A stretch of 61,990 nucleotides of DNA, filler included, from 14 parts of 14 records of this genome joined end to end with filler, not necessarily neighbours in it, one strand, 5' to 3'; shown: positions 1 to 11,799, numbered from the whole stretch's first letter. The notes: a model not told the origin generated them from the sequence alone. Program-made: numbers and translations.

Positions 1-185
1 CAATACAATGTATCTGCGATTTACATTAATGAGTTACGGAGGTATTCAATAGTACATGTAGTATGAATGGTACAGCTCTTGATCAGCTGTACGCGGCGTA
101 CGTGTAGCTTCGAGGCACCTCGCGACGGACGGCGCGCGGGGCCACGTGCGTGGACGGTCTAGCAGAAACGGGAACGCTGCTGGTG

Positions 186-1733
186 ATGGTCGGGACGTCT
201 CGTGCGGATGCTGGGGGGTCGATCAGGCGTGACGTGGCTGGTCGCTCCGCCTGGTGGAATGAGCAAGCCAGCGCGGTGGCGAAGATGCAGGCGGCTGTGG
301 TGACGCGGCGAAGGGAGCGCCGAGAGTCTGCGAAGGAGTGGCTGCGTCGAGCTCACGGGGGGGTCACCACGGCAGATCGAGTGAGGCCCGCGCCCGAGCC
401 CGAGCTCGAGCCAGCGCCTGGGTCCGTAGTGGCGTTGGAGCCGGTTGTATGGGGAGCGCGTGCTGGTTCGGAGTGGAAGCTCACGCAGCGAGGCCTCGAG
501 GAGGAGGCAGAGCGAAACGAGGTCAACGTACTGTGGCGAGGCACTGGGCCGCTCGGTGTGCTGTGGAGTAGCCTGCGACGTGGTGGAAACGAAGATGATT
601 TCGATAACGGTGGGCAACAACTATATGCCTGCATCCGTCGGACGTTCCCACCGTCCGACTCGCATCCACGTGCTCCATACGAAACTACTGCAGACTGGCT
701 GCGCATGGTCGGAAAACAAGCGAAAGACGACGAGCAGCATCAGCAGCAGTGCAGTACTCCGACAGCGTTACAGGCCACTGGTGCGCAAGGGTTTTCTACT
801 AGCTTCAACGTATCGACGCCAGGAAGTTTGCGAAGACAAAGCAGAGGAACTCACAAGACTGTGCAGCCCACCAAATCTGACAGTGAACAATTCGCACGTG
901 AACAGCTAGTGCCTGGTCTTGTGCTGCACCGGCTTCAGGGCAAGCTGCTTGACCCGACCGGTCCTTTCACGCTGACAGACGCGCTCCAGCCGTTGCAGCG
1001 GTTGCGCACTGACACAGCGCAACCGGTAGTTCACACGTCCTTCTTACACGACCACGGTCGTTACTACGAAGCGTGCTTCTACGAGCGAACTCTGCCGCAG
1101 CTCCACGTGGTGCAGCCAGTACGCCCTGATCTGTACGGAGCTTCTTCCGCCAGCTTTGGTGTGCGATTAGCCCTACCTCCGAAAGGATACACACCGCAGA
1201 CACTTAATCAGCGGGGACGCAGTAGTGCTGGTGAAGATGGTGGTAGTAGGTTCGGGTGGAGTAGTGAGATGCGGCCTCGGCTTGCGGAGGCTGCGGAGCG
1301 TGGAATGGTGATCGCAGCCATTCAGGGCGTGTCAACTGAGGAGTGGTCACGGGCAGAGGTGGTCGCACGACTACGACAAGTCTGGGATTCGTCAACACGG
1401 CCAGTGCGGATCACCTTCGTGGCGCGGCGTACATCTGCAGCTTGGGGAGGGATGCACGACCGTGCTCGCGGAGCAACGCCGGATCAGCCACTTCCGGTAG
1501 CATCAAGGCAAGCCTGGGAGGCTTTGCTTGCGGCGGGTCGGCAGGAGAGCGCAGTGAGACACCGCGCGGTGTCGCAGCTTGTAGCGGCAGAGGGTCGTGG
1601 TCCAGCTGTGTTCATGGCTAGTATGGGCTTTGATAGTGACGACCCCAAGGCAAACGTTAGCCTATTGGAGTGTTACAAAGCCAAGTATGGTGAGCAACGA
1701 CCAGCAGCAGACAAGGACTGGGACCAATACTGA
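186..1733 (+). CDS. Hypothetical protein with a possible degenerate C-terminal PDZ-like segment
   Basis: Long open frame (track 150..1733; first in-frame ATG at 186). The segment 'GMVIAAIQGVSTEEWSRAEVVARLRQ...RPVRITF' resembles the C-terminal half of a PDZ domain. Start uncertain. Confidence 0.55.
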   Translation: MVGTSRADAGGSIRRDVAGRSAWWNEQASAVAKMQAAVVTRRRERRESAKEWLRRAHGGVTTADRVRPAPEPELEPAPGSVVALEPVVWGARAGSEWKLTQRGLEEEAERNEVNVLWRGTGPLGVLWSSLRRGGNEDDFDNGGQQLYACIRRTFPPSDSHPRAPYETTADWLRMVGKQAKDDEQHQQQCSTPTALQATGAQGFSTSFNVSTPGSLRRQSRGTHKTVQPTKSDSEQFAREQLVPGLVLHRLQGKLLDPTGPFTLTDALQPLQRLRTDTAQPVVHTSFLHDHGRYYEACFYERTLPQLHVVQPVRPDLYGASSASFGVRLALPPKGYTPQTLNQRGRSSAGEDGGSRFGWSSEMRPRLAEAAERGMVIAAIQGVSTEEWSRAEVVARLRQVWDSSTRPVRITFVARRTSAAWGGMHDRARGATPDQPLPVASRQAWEALLAAGRQESAVRHRAVSQLVAAEGRGPAVFMASMGFDSDDPKANVSLLECYKAKYGEQRPAADKDWDQY

Positions 1734-2130
1734 GCGAAACTACCCGCCGAACGCCTGTGTGGTTTAGATGTTGCGTAGATGCTACTTGTGTAGCTGTTCG
1801 CAAATGCATTCGTGCCCTGTTCGGCAGTCCATTTGTGCACTGTCACTGACAAGAATTCTAAGCAGTCGTGTTCATCCTCTCGGGCATCACCTGAACGTCT
1901 CTGATGTATACGTATCGCCCTTGGTGTGCGCTAGGTAGCGGCGTCGAAAGTTTCAACTCTACCAGCAGGAAGAAAGAACATAAGATATATCTTTTGGATT
2001 CTGCCAAAGAATCTCTCGAGCGGACCATGGGATTGCCGCGGCCTTCCAATGACATGGTCCTTGCAAGGAAATGAGTGCACACGGCCCAATGCGTTGCAAA
2101 GAGTGTTGCCTATGCGAGTCGCGTCAACCG

Positions 2131-3423
2131 TCATCTTCTTCTTTTGTTCTTCGAGGTGTTGCTGCTAGAAGAGCGGCCTGCTCGCGCCGCACGCCTCTCC
2201 TTTCGCGACGGCGCCGCAGAGTATTTCCCACCGTCAACATTCCGTGGCTGCTTTGAAGACTTCTTCTTCTTCCCGAAGACGGTACGCTTCGGAGCCCACC
2301 CTCCCTTAGGCCGTGGGCCCTCCTCTCTCAATTTACCATTCTTCTGCCGCGGCATTCCCCGCTGTCGGGGGCCGTCGGCACCAGTAGTTGACCTCTTTCT
2401 CCGAGTCGTCGCGCCTGGGATGTGCGCGGCCTCCTGGATCTGCTCCCAGAGATTCGGCCGCCGCTTGCGCTTCTGCCCCAAGATATCTCCTGATCTCTTG
2501 CGGTGCCGTTGCCCCCCTGCAGTCTTGATGTAGTCCTGATCCGCTGCTGGCATTTCGGTAGGCGCGTCGGAGCATTCTAACCGTGTATGCCCCGAGCCAC
2601 CGCACACACAGCAAAAGCAGGCGCGCTGGCTGCTGGGGGCTGGAGGCAATCGGCAGTCGTAGTGATCAGGCCCATCTGATCTAAAGTCTCCACACGACCA
2701 CCAGCCAGACGTACTGTCGCCATCTGAATCGTGGCCTCCACTCGCACTCTGCGTGCTGTCGTCCCAAGATTCTGCAGCCGCAACTATTTGACGCTCCAGA
2801 TCATCGTCGCTGCCACTGCTGCTACTGTGCTCTCGAGCCCAAACCTCCGCAGCAGCGACTGCCTTCGCGATGGACGCATCGACCGCCGCGGCAACTTCAG
2901 CGCCCGGCAACTGTTCGTCCGCAGATATTGCCGCGCCTTTCGGAGATCGCTTGGTGCTCAACACGCGAGCGAGCGCCTGGCGCACTTCCTTCGTCCCTTT
3001 CGCAAGCTCAGGGCTGTGGGCACGCACGAGTCTCGTGAGACGCTTCGCCCCGTGTTGGGGATTCTCGCGGTGAAGCCGCAGCAGCAACACCTCCAGCGGA
3101 GGAAGCACCTCAGCCTCAACCCAGTTCTCCCCCGCTGCTTGCACAACGGGCCTCAGCTCCTCCGGTCGGTTGTCCTTCTTCAAATTCTTCTGCTTGGAGC
3201 GCGTTTTCTTGCGCTTCTTTTTGATTGGTTTGCCTTTGGCGTTGAAGCCAAACGGCGCTGGGGTGCCAGGCCCGCTCGAGTTGGCCAGGGCCCAGGCATA
3301 CTGCTTCCGCTGCTGCTCACAGCTGACCTCCGAGACGGTCGCCTCGACGCCTTTTGCGCCGAAGTACCTCTGCGGCGGCTTCCGAACCCGCGCAGGCGTC
3401 GACCGGAGATTCAGCTCAATCAT
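2131..3423 (-). CDS. Basic low-complexity protein with a CCHC zinc knuckle (possibly 5'-truncated)
   Basis: 430-aa ORF. CVCGGSGHTRLEC contains CX2CX4HX4C with the preceding Cys, plus K/R-rich tracts. The frame stays open to the contig edge at 3449. Confidence 0.55.
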   Translation of the reverse strand: MIELNLRSTPARVRKPPQRYFGAKGVEATVSEVSCEQQRKQYAWALANSSGPGTPAPFGFNAKGKPIKKKRKKTRSKQKNLKKDNRPEELRPVVQAAGENWVEAEVLPPLEVLLLRLHRENPQHGAKRLTRLVRAHSPELAKGTKEVRQALARVLSTKRSPKGAAISADEQLPGAEVAAAVDASIAKAVAAAEVWAREHSSSSGSDDDLERQIVAAAESWDDSTQSASGGHDSDGDSTSGWWSCGDFRSDGPDHYDCRLPPAPSSQRACFCCVCGGSGHTRLECSDAPTEMPAADQDYIKTAGGQRHRKRSGDILGQKRKRRPNLWEQIQEAAHIPGATTRRKRSTTGADGPRQRGMPRQKNGKLREEGPRPKGGWAPKRTVFGKKKKSSKQPRNVDGGKYSAAPSRKERRAARAGRSSSSNTSKNKRRR

Positions 3424-3449
3424 ACTGCGTCGCGCTGCAGGTCTCTGCA

Positions 3450-3549
3450 NNNNNNNNNNNNNNNNNNNNNNNNNNNNNNNNNNNNNNNNNNNNTTAATTA
3501 ATTAANNNNNNNNNNNNNNNNNNNNNNNNNNNNNNNNNNNNNNNNNNNN
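3450..3549. other. Artificial contig-joining spacer (44 N + TTAATTAATTAA + 44 N); first of 13
   Basis: Identical 100-nt spacers with stops in all six frames at 3450-3549, 7218-7317, 10373-10472, 14423-14522, 17685-17784, 23368-23467, 34033-34132, 38119-38218, 41666-41765, 45679-45778, 49006-49105, 53610-53709 and 58275-58374. Confidence 0.99.
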
Positions 3550-3715
3550 TGAGTTCGAGTTTACCGTGCGAACACCTGAGCGCGCGCGATCGCATGTAAC
3601 GTGCATGACGCGGCGATCGCGCGCCCGCGGCGCGGCGGCGGCGTGCGTGAGTCGCGGGCCTGCCCGCTGGGCGCGACGCGTCGATATCGCGAGTCGAACG
3701 ATCGTAGAGCCCCTG

Positions 3716-6700
3716 ATGATGGACGACGCGGCGCTGCTGGACGAGGAGCAGCGCCGGTTAGGCAGCGTGCAGGCTGGCGGGGCGCCTGCGGAGGATGACA
3801 GCGCCCGCGCCGGCGAACTGCGGCGGGAGGGGTCATCAATGCGGTCGATCGCGCTGGCGGGAGAGGTCGACAGTTGGCACCGCTTCGTGCATGCGTACGC
3901 GGACCGCCTGCAGCGTTACAGTGTGGCGGTGCTGGTGTTCTGGCTGGTGCTTGCGGGGGCTGGGGCTATCATGGCTCCGTTTTTCATGCTGAATACCACC
4001 ATGAACTTCGATCCTCCGCCCTCGTCGCCTTCGGGGGTCGCTGACCAGGTTCTCGCACGGCACTTCCCCAAGCTTGACAAGGCGGCTGCGGGAGTGGTGA
4101 TCGTGCGCTCCATCCACGGAGGTAGTGTGCTCGGGGCGGACGGCAAGGGCGCCGCGCTCGCGGCCTTTAGTGCCGCACTCAATTCTACCATCTGGTCGTT
4201 CGAGCCAGGTAAGCCGCAGATCTGTGTAGAGGTCGACGGCTACAGCTCGCTCGTCGAGACGGTGGGACCCGCAGGCGCCGCTATGGGAAAGGGGCTGTTC
4301 ATCTCCGCTGACGAGGAGGCGGCCATCGTCCTCATCCAGGGCAACGCCAAGGATTCCAGGCGCTACCTTGACTTTGTGGACTGGCTCAACGCCGGCTTGC
4401 CGCATGCGGCGGCCAGAGCGCGCGAGGCGGACTCTAGCCTTGCGCTGAACGCCACACAGACGGGGCTGGGGATGTTCACCAAAGAGGCGTTGGCGGGGGT
4501 ACAGCACGATCTCGAGAAGATGGACATGGTGGCGATGCCGATCGCGCTCTGTGTGCTGTCTTTTGTGCTGCGTTCATGGCGGCTGATGCTGGTCCCGTGC
4601 ATCTGCATCGGCGCTGCCGCGGCCACATCGTTTGGGGTCATCATGCTGCCCATCTCATACGCCACAGAGATCATTTCATTTGCTCCATCGGTGCGTCGAA
4701 ATCAGACGTCCCCTGTCCGCGCCATTGCATGTTTTTGCGGGAAACTTGGTGCTGAGTGCTATGCTTGGCATGTGTCGCGGCAGGTCATGATGAGCTGCAC
4801 GGTCGCAATGTCGATCGACTACTCGCTCTTTCTGCTTTCACGATACCAGGAAGAGGTCAGCCACGCCCAGCCCATTGCAGTCGTTACACAAATGTACCGA
4901 CCATTTGATTTCTAATGCTCGTGAGGGGGTGGCAGGTTGTGCAACGTGGTCAGCCGCTTGAGGACGCCATCCACGCAATGCTCTGTTCGGCGGGGCATAC
5001 TGTGCTCGTCTCTGGCTTGACACTGATGATCTGCTGGCTTGGACTATGCTTTTTCCCTGTCAATCTACTGTCATCTGCGGGACTGGCAGCTGCCATGGCA
5101 ATCGTCGCGGCGATTGTCGTCAACCTCTCGCTCACACCTGCTCTGCTTTTTACGTTCCCGAACTTTTTCTATCAAGGACTTCTGAATGACGTTGAGAAGA
5201 CTGGGATCCTGGCCGTGATGTGTTGCGGTGGTCATATGTCCCCAGTTGATGCAGCTTCTGCCAAGGGCCAAATGCTTCAAACCCCGCTGGCTCCCACGGC
5301 CCCGGGGCAGGTGCCTCGCCAAACAGAAGCTGCGGAGGATCGGTATGCACATTTGCTGCAGAACGAGACTGAGCGTCGCTTTCACCGCCTGGCTCGGCGG
5401 GTCGTGGGTTGCAAGTACAGCCTCATTCTTATCTGTGCAATTGCTACGGTCCCAATCCTTTACGTGCGCACCAATCAGACCTGCGGTTAAAAGCATGTCA
5501 GCAACTGCATCTTGGAATCTAACAAGCTTTGACGGGTTTTGACAGGTCGCCGCTCGCTTAGAGCACTCACTGAAGCTTGATCAAATGACACCGCGCGGTT
5601 CCAAATCGACAATCGCATTTGATTACCTTGAATCGGCTTTTGGTGCGGGCAATGCATTTCCCTACACACTCGTCATCGAGCCACCGGAAGGTGCGAGAAC
5701 AATAATACACCATCGTCTCATAAGATAGAGAGCTGCCTGTCTGACGAGTGTCTGACGCCGCACTGGTTGACGCGCTACCTGACAATGGAATACGCGATGC
5801 TCTGGACAGGTGATACCCACGGAATAATGAGCAAGCAATTCTTCGTAGATACGAGCGATATGCTCGAAAAGATCATCAACGGGTTGAATCGGCCAGATGG
5901 CACTGTATTGGGTATGTTCTTCAGCTGTCTTCAGACTTTCTCGGGTAATGTGGTAGCTGTCTAAGTTTGGGCCCGCAGGTAAAAATTGGCCGATCGTCCA
6001 GGCCGCCGGCATTATGATGATGCCTGCTCTGCCACAATTGCCGCCGGTCCCACCACATTCTTGCACTGCACGCGTGCTCGGGCGGAAGCTTTGCGGTGGA
6101 TTGGCAGCTCAAACCAACCGTACTCTCTGTGACGCTGCTCACTGCTGCTTCAACAACACTCCACCGGTGGACGTACACTGCTTCCACCAGGAGAGCCCTT
6201 CTCCTCCACCGCCGGCAAACGGTGGCGGTGGTGGCGCTGTGATGTGGAGCCTAGTCAACACGTGGACACAATGCCGGCAGCACCCTCACTTCTTAGGCTG
6301 TAGTGAGGTCGAGAAGAGCCTTGGACCGCTCCTGGATTATTCGTTCGAGCGATTTGTGGCAACGAACAAGAGGGCGACATATGTCACTCTCCAGCTGTCG
6401 CTCGATCCCTTCTCTGATACAGGACAAGCGTGGGTGGAGTATGTACGCCGCGAGTTACCGACCAACGGTACGCTAGGGGCTTTACCTACCCCGAGTTGAT
6501 GTCTGTGCTGACTAGCCGCGTTGTGCCTTGCGGTGATGTATCAGGGCTGCTGGAACCACGGTACTACATCACGCACGGCGCCGCTGAGATCAAGGATGCA
6601 GCGGACACCGTCTATGCAAACTTTCCCATCATTGGTGGTGTTACGCTTGGGGTGGTTTTTGTGCTATATTGGGCGGCGTTCTCATCGCTCATGATCCCAC

Positions 6701-7217
6701 TGCGCGCCATCATCTCCATGTGTTTTGCAATGGGCTGGACGTTCGGCTTGTCAGTCTTGATTTACCAGGACGGTGTGCTGGAGTGGACAGGCTTTGCTCC
6801 ACTTTCCCCCACACCAGGAAGCCCACAGCTCTGCTGGCTCATCCCTGTGATGGCCTTCTCGATTATGGTCGGGTTGTCCCTCGATTATGATGTGTTTCTG
6901 GTGAGCCGAATCGTCGAGTACCGTGCTGAGGGCAAGGGTGATGTGGACTCAGTCCTACTTGGGTTGGCAAAGACGGGACGGATCATCGCAGCCGCGGGCT
7001 TGATCATGGCGATTGCGTTCTTTGGCTTGCTTCTCTCGGATCAGGCGTCGATGAACGAACTGTCGTTTTTTCTGGTGGTGGCTGTGATGTTTGACACTTT
7101 CATCGTTGCTATCTTCTTGATCCCCGCGATGATGGGCATTTTAGGTAAGGCGAACTGGTGGCCAAAGGTCATGCCACCAGTGGTCGACACACTGGGCCTG
7201 GTTGATGCGAACACATC
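3716..7217 (+). CDS. MMPL/RND-superfamily membrane transporter, 7 exons, runs off the contig end
   Basis: MMPL motifs SIDYSLFLLSRYQEE, SAGHTVLVSGLT, GLSLDYDVFLVSRIVE, TGRIIAAAGLIM and LIPAMMGILGKANWWP. Frame-consistent GT-AG introns at 4691-4783, 4856-4935, 5464-5545, 5691-5809, 5912-5978 and 6468-6544. Confidence 0.88.
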
Positions 7218-7557
7218 NNNNNNNNNNNNNNNNNNNNNNNNNNNNNNNNNNNNNNNNNNNNTTAATTAATTAANNNNNNNNNNNNNNNNNNNNNNNNNNN
7301 NNNNNNNNNNNNNNNNNACTGCAATTATGGTGCCCGGCGATCTCGGGTCGATATTATCATGCATGCAACGTTATGAATGCACGGTAGGCGACTAGGCGTG
7401 CGTCGACGCTCGATCGATAGACGCTCGCGGTATCGACGCTCGTCAGGCCCCTTGCAGGCGTGGCGCGAGCGCAGCGCGAGTACGGTTCTACACTGGCCAC
7501 TTATCAGGGCTGCACCCCGTAGCGCGAGGGTCCTCGTACTGCACGACTACAAACCGG

Positions 7558-10372
7558 ATGTGTGCGATGCGGCTGTTCGTCCTCGCCGCACTGTTGGTGT
7601 CGCCGTGCTCGGGGACGCTCCTGTACAGCGACAAGATCACAGGGACGAAGACCCACATGCTACCGGTTGGCGACCCGACCGCGATGTGAGCCATTAACCA
7701 CTCATCCCCAGGAAGAGTAGGCCACTCGTGTGCGCTGTTTGGCTCACCGGTGCCGGCTATTGCTGCTGTGCTCTGTTGCCCTCCAGGTTGGCTCGGGGCT
7801 GGATTGTCACGCGCCGCACATCGGGCGTGCTTGGCGGACTGCTCGGCGCGCAGCACGGGCAGCTGATCCTCGAACCGGTTGACCGCAGCTGCCTGTGGGC
7901 TGTCGATCTTCACACCATTCGCGATCCCAAGAAGCCCGAGGTGCGGCTGGACCTGGCGGAGATTTGGATCGTGCGCACCCCGTGGGTCGATGTGCCATCC
8001 AGCGACTTCTACAATGCTAAGGATATGCTCAGCGAGGCGGAGCAAGCCGCCAAGCTGGCAGCCAATCCAACCTGGGCTCCACGTGGCATCCTCAAGGAGG
8101 TGGTATTCGACTCTCGTCCCTCTGAACGAGCGATGCTGAGCTTCACTCGGGCGTTCCACCGGCACTTTGCCTACCAGTATAGCAAGCGGACCTACAACTG
8201 CCAACTCTTCACGGCCAGCATGCTGGTCTGGCTAGCAGGCGGCAGGGAGATGGTCGAGCTAGACGATTGGATCGCCGACACGGACAATCCGATGCTCAGT
8301 GGGCATCTAATCTCTCCTCCTTCAAAGGAGGAGCTCCGCACTGCGTATCGTGCCGCAGATATGCGCGAGACTGCACTTGACAGCGGCTCCCTGGAGACAG
8401 CATACTGCGAGCACACCAACAGCGTCGACACGCTCGACAAGATCGACGCCGCTACCTGCTCTTTCGCTGATCGATCGCTGCCACCAGGAGTGGCAACCTT
8501 TCCAACCACGATCGAAGTTGAGGCGCACCAGTTGGGTAGCAGTTCCCATGGTGATACGGTGATGTTCAGGGCTTGGGAGCTGCAGCTGCACCACATCGGC
8601 TCTGCATTTGAGTACACCTCGGATCCTTTGGTTTTCCGTGGTGATCTCTCCTACATCAAGCGATCCTTCACCGCCGCCGAGCATGCGCTTCTCTTCCAAG
8701 GGAAGGGTGAGACAGGCAGCTCACAGTCTGGCGCACAGCGCACCGGCGTTTCGCTCGGGCCATTTGCAGTCGACTTGGACCTGGGCGGGGCGCTCGGACG
8801 CTACGCCCTCAATCCGGAACGCGCCGCCGGTGGTAGCACTGCGCAGATCCATCCAGCTGGCTATCAAAGGGAGCGGCTAGTCGGCGACGAGCGCGGGCTG
8901 TCGTTGCTCAGGTTGCTAACCTTTGGGCGCAAGGTCGACCCAGGAGGTCTGTACTAAGCACACGTGCATGCATAGTCATCTTCTCACGTTGAATCCAGAC
9001 GAGGATAGCAGTGACAAACTCGCACTTTGCCTGTGTCTGCGCAGGCGTAGTGCTCAACGAGCGACAGCGCTTCACCTATGGCCTCGACGATGATCAAATG
9101 TACATCGCGACCAGCGGCCACGTCGACAGTACAACTGTTCCACTCGGTGCGGATGCAACTTTGATCTATTGTGCACAGTCATTACGAGTTTACTCAGAGG
9201 ATAAACCTCTTACGGACATGGGCATCTGTCAAATGCGTTGAAACTTTAGGAAAACTCGGGTTGATGTCGAAGAAGTTTTCCTTTGACACGTTCTCGAAGC
9301 ACAACATGTACGCTGGATCCTCGAAGGCCTTGCGATACGCAGGGGAGCTGACTGTAATCAACCTATCCAAGCAGCGAAGTGATGGCGTGGAGACGTGGTC
9401 CGAGGAAGATGAGTACAGACTGATCGTTGACAACAATTCGGGGAGCTTCGCGCCCGACTGGCCAAGCGAGGGACTCGAAGCTGTGCTTCGCTGCAACTTC
9501 CCAGAGGTGCCAGGGCGCTTCAGCCTTGAGGTGATCCATGGACCCAATGGCGCTGACCTGCAACAGCAGGAACACTACTGTGGCATCTGGGGCGCTGTGG
9601 ATGACATTCCGCCCTACACTGGCTGCATGACTTCGCTGGTGGGCGTGCTGCCCTCGCCGGATCGGCATGTTTGCTGTGGCAAGATCGGGGTTTTCGGCGA
9701 GACGAAGAATATCCACGGAATTTGTGCGTTTGTCTACATGTCCGAGACAGGCAGCTGCTCTTCTGACGGTTGGGCGAAGCTTTCCGATAGCTGCTGTGCG
9801 GGTGGAATGGTGGGCATTGAGCAGCCCTGTGCCGATGCGACCTGTGCTGCTCATCTGCAGCCGGCTCCGACGTCCACGCTTCAGCACCTTAATCCAGCGC
9901 TGGCCCTGCATGGCGCCACTGGGCCGTCCAAACAACAGGAATGTCTGGCACGCCAGTGGCGTACCCGCTCATTCGAGTGCCTGTGGACTCATCAGCTGGG
10001 CTCGCCAACGAGCGACCGCGCGGTACGCTGGGTGAACTCTCTGCGTGATACGTTCCGGTCCAACGCCGCCGCCGTGCAGCAGTTTGCTGACTATCTGGAC
10101 CACATCGACCGCACGGAGAACGGAGCGCTGCGCGTGGAGCACTTCCGATCGTCGCCACTTGGCGATCTCACCTTTGGCGACGAGGAGATACTGCTGTGTA
10201 CTCTGCCGTTCCTGCGCAATCACTTTACCTACGTTCCTCTCTCTATGAAGTTCAAGCAGTTCATCAAGGATGGTGTCTACGACCCTGAGGTCGGTGCGAT
10301 TCCGGCCGCCAAGGTGGAGAAAATGGTGAGCCAATACAGGCAGTGGGTCACCGGGGCTCCGGACTACAAGAA
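7558..10372 (+). CDS. Secreted multidomain protein: signal peptide + permuted papain-like (PPPDE/LRAT-type) segment + 'SKH..AGE..DNNSG.FxP' domain + Cys-rich region; 3'-truncated
   Basis: Exon 1 reads MCAMRLFVLAALLVSPCSG. Introns 7686-7786, 8947-9044 and 9147-9249 join the track ORFs 7728, 9011 and 9171 in frame. Motifs YSKRTYNCQLFT and FSKHNMYAG..RYAGEL..LIVDNNSGSFAP..LRCNFP. Confidence 0.65.
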
Positions 10373-10715
10373 NNNNNNNNNNNNNNNNNNNNNNNNNNNN
10401 NNNNNNNNNNNNNNNNTTAATTAATTAANNNNNNNNNNNNNNNNNNNNNNNNNNNNNNNNNNNNNNNNNNNNGCGCAGTCTGTACTGGAAAATAGTACCA
10501 TTTTGTTGCATCCCGCTTAGGTACTACTCATGAACAACAGGTTGGGTCAGAATTCAGTCCACACCGGCGTCCTGTCATAACCCCGTAAATGTCAGTACTG
10601 ATCTTCGAGAAAATGCCGCAGCTCGAGGCGGTCAACAGAGTTCATGGTATTTCTCAGTGGGCTCTCCATACTCCAAGCGACTCCAACCCAGGCTGTGACA
10701 GGCTGCGCCGCCGGG

Positions 10716-11799
10716 ATGTCGATGGACGGGCGGGCCGACGATGGCAACGGCAACGTGGTGCGCCACCACACAGACACACTGGCCATACGCATACGTACAG
10801 GCGCGCATGCAGGCGTGGGGAGCGAGCGAGGGGCAGAGAGCCTTGCTGGCGTCTGGCAGTGGGGGGCGGCGTGCCGAGAGCGCGCGCTGCGGCCTGCGGC
10901 GGTCGGCTTGCCGTGCCACTGCACCGTTGCGCAGGGGTCCGAGGGGGGAGTCGCACGCAACTGCGTGCTGGACAGTGACCGGGCGGGTGGGTGCGGGATG
11001 CCGGTGTGTGAGTGTGGGGGGGAGGGGTGCGGGGAGGAGGTCGTGTGGAGTGTCGGAGTCGGCAGCAGCCGGAGGGAGCTTCGCCTGTCGGCGGGCGGTG
11101 GCTTGCCTGGGAGCACCGGGCGGGGGCGGGGCGGGAGGCGGGAGCTCGCAGTCCTAGAAAGGTGCGCGCCTCGCTAACGCAGGCCGTGCGATTCGCAGGA
11201 GAACCCGGACGACTTCGACTCCGGCCCGCTGTACCTCCTTACCCAGTCAGTCAAGGAGAACTCGCAGGTCCGTGGATGCCGCACATTGCTGCCGAGCGTC
11301 GCTCGCCGGCCCGCCCAGCGTCCCTGGCGCGGCCCCTGCACCGCCACGCGCCCATCAGCACGGCGAGCGCTGCGTATGCACTGACGCCGGCTTCCGCGCG
11401 TGTGTACGGCGCTGCACAGGTGCTGATCAACTGCCGGAACAACAAGAAGCTGCTGTGCCGCGTCAAGGCTTTCGATCGGCACTGCAACATGGTGCTTGAG
11501 AATGTGAAGGAGATGTGGACGGAGACTCCGAAGGTAAACCATCAGCGTCAGCGTACACTGCTACCCACGCCTGCGTGTACAGCCACACAAGCAGTGGTTG
11601 ATAGTAGCTGAGGCGCGCCGCGGCGGTGCGGCGTCGTGGGAGTGCCTCTCGAGAGTGACAGAGAACTAAGTCTGTTCGCGTGTGTACTCAGACTGGGAAG
11701 GGCAAGAAGAAGGCCAAGCCGGTGAATAAGGAGCGATTCATTAGCAAGATGTTCCTACGTGGCGACTCTGTCATCCTGGTGCTGCGCAATCCAATGTAG
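10716..11799 (+). CDS. SNRPD2: Small nuclear ribonucleoprotein Sm D2
   Basis: Exons 11199-11267 ([23 protein letters not shown]), 11420-11533 ([35 protein letters not shown]) and 11692-11799 ([28 protein letters not shown]). First exon 10716-10757 is tentative. Confidence 0.95.

Noticed and set aside
2731-3449. Long antisense or alternative-frame ORFs (e.g. 2731..3501, 13408..14046, 20117..20914, 52266..53006, 60094..60660)
   Set aside because: These are shadow ORFs expected in GC-rich coding DNA, and they carry no motifs.
9147-9249. Apparent frameshift between ORFs 9011..9241 and 9171..10424
   Set aside because: A phase-1 GT-AG intron explains it. The same holds for the apparent frameshifts in MMPL, COQ6 and FBT.
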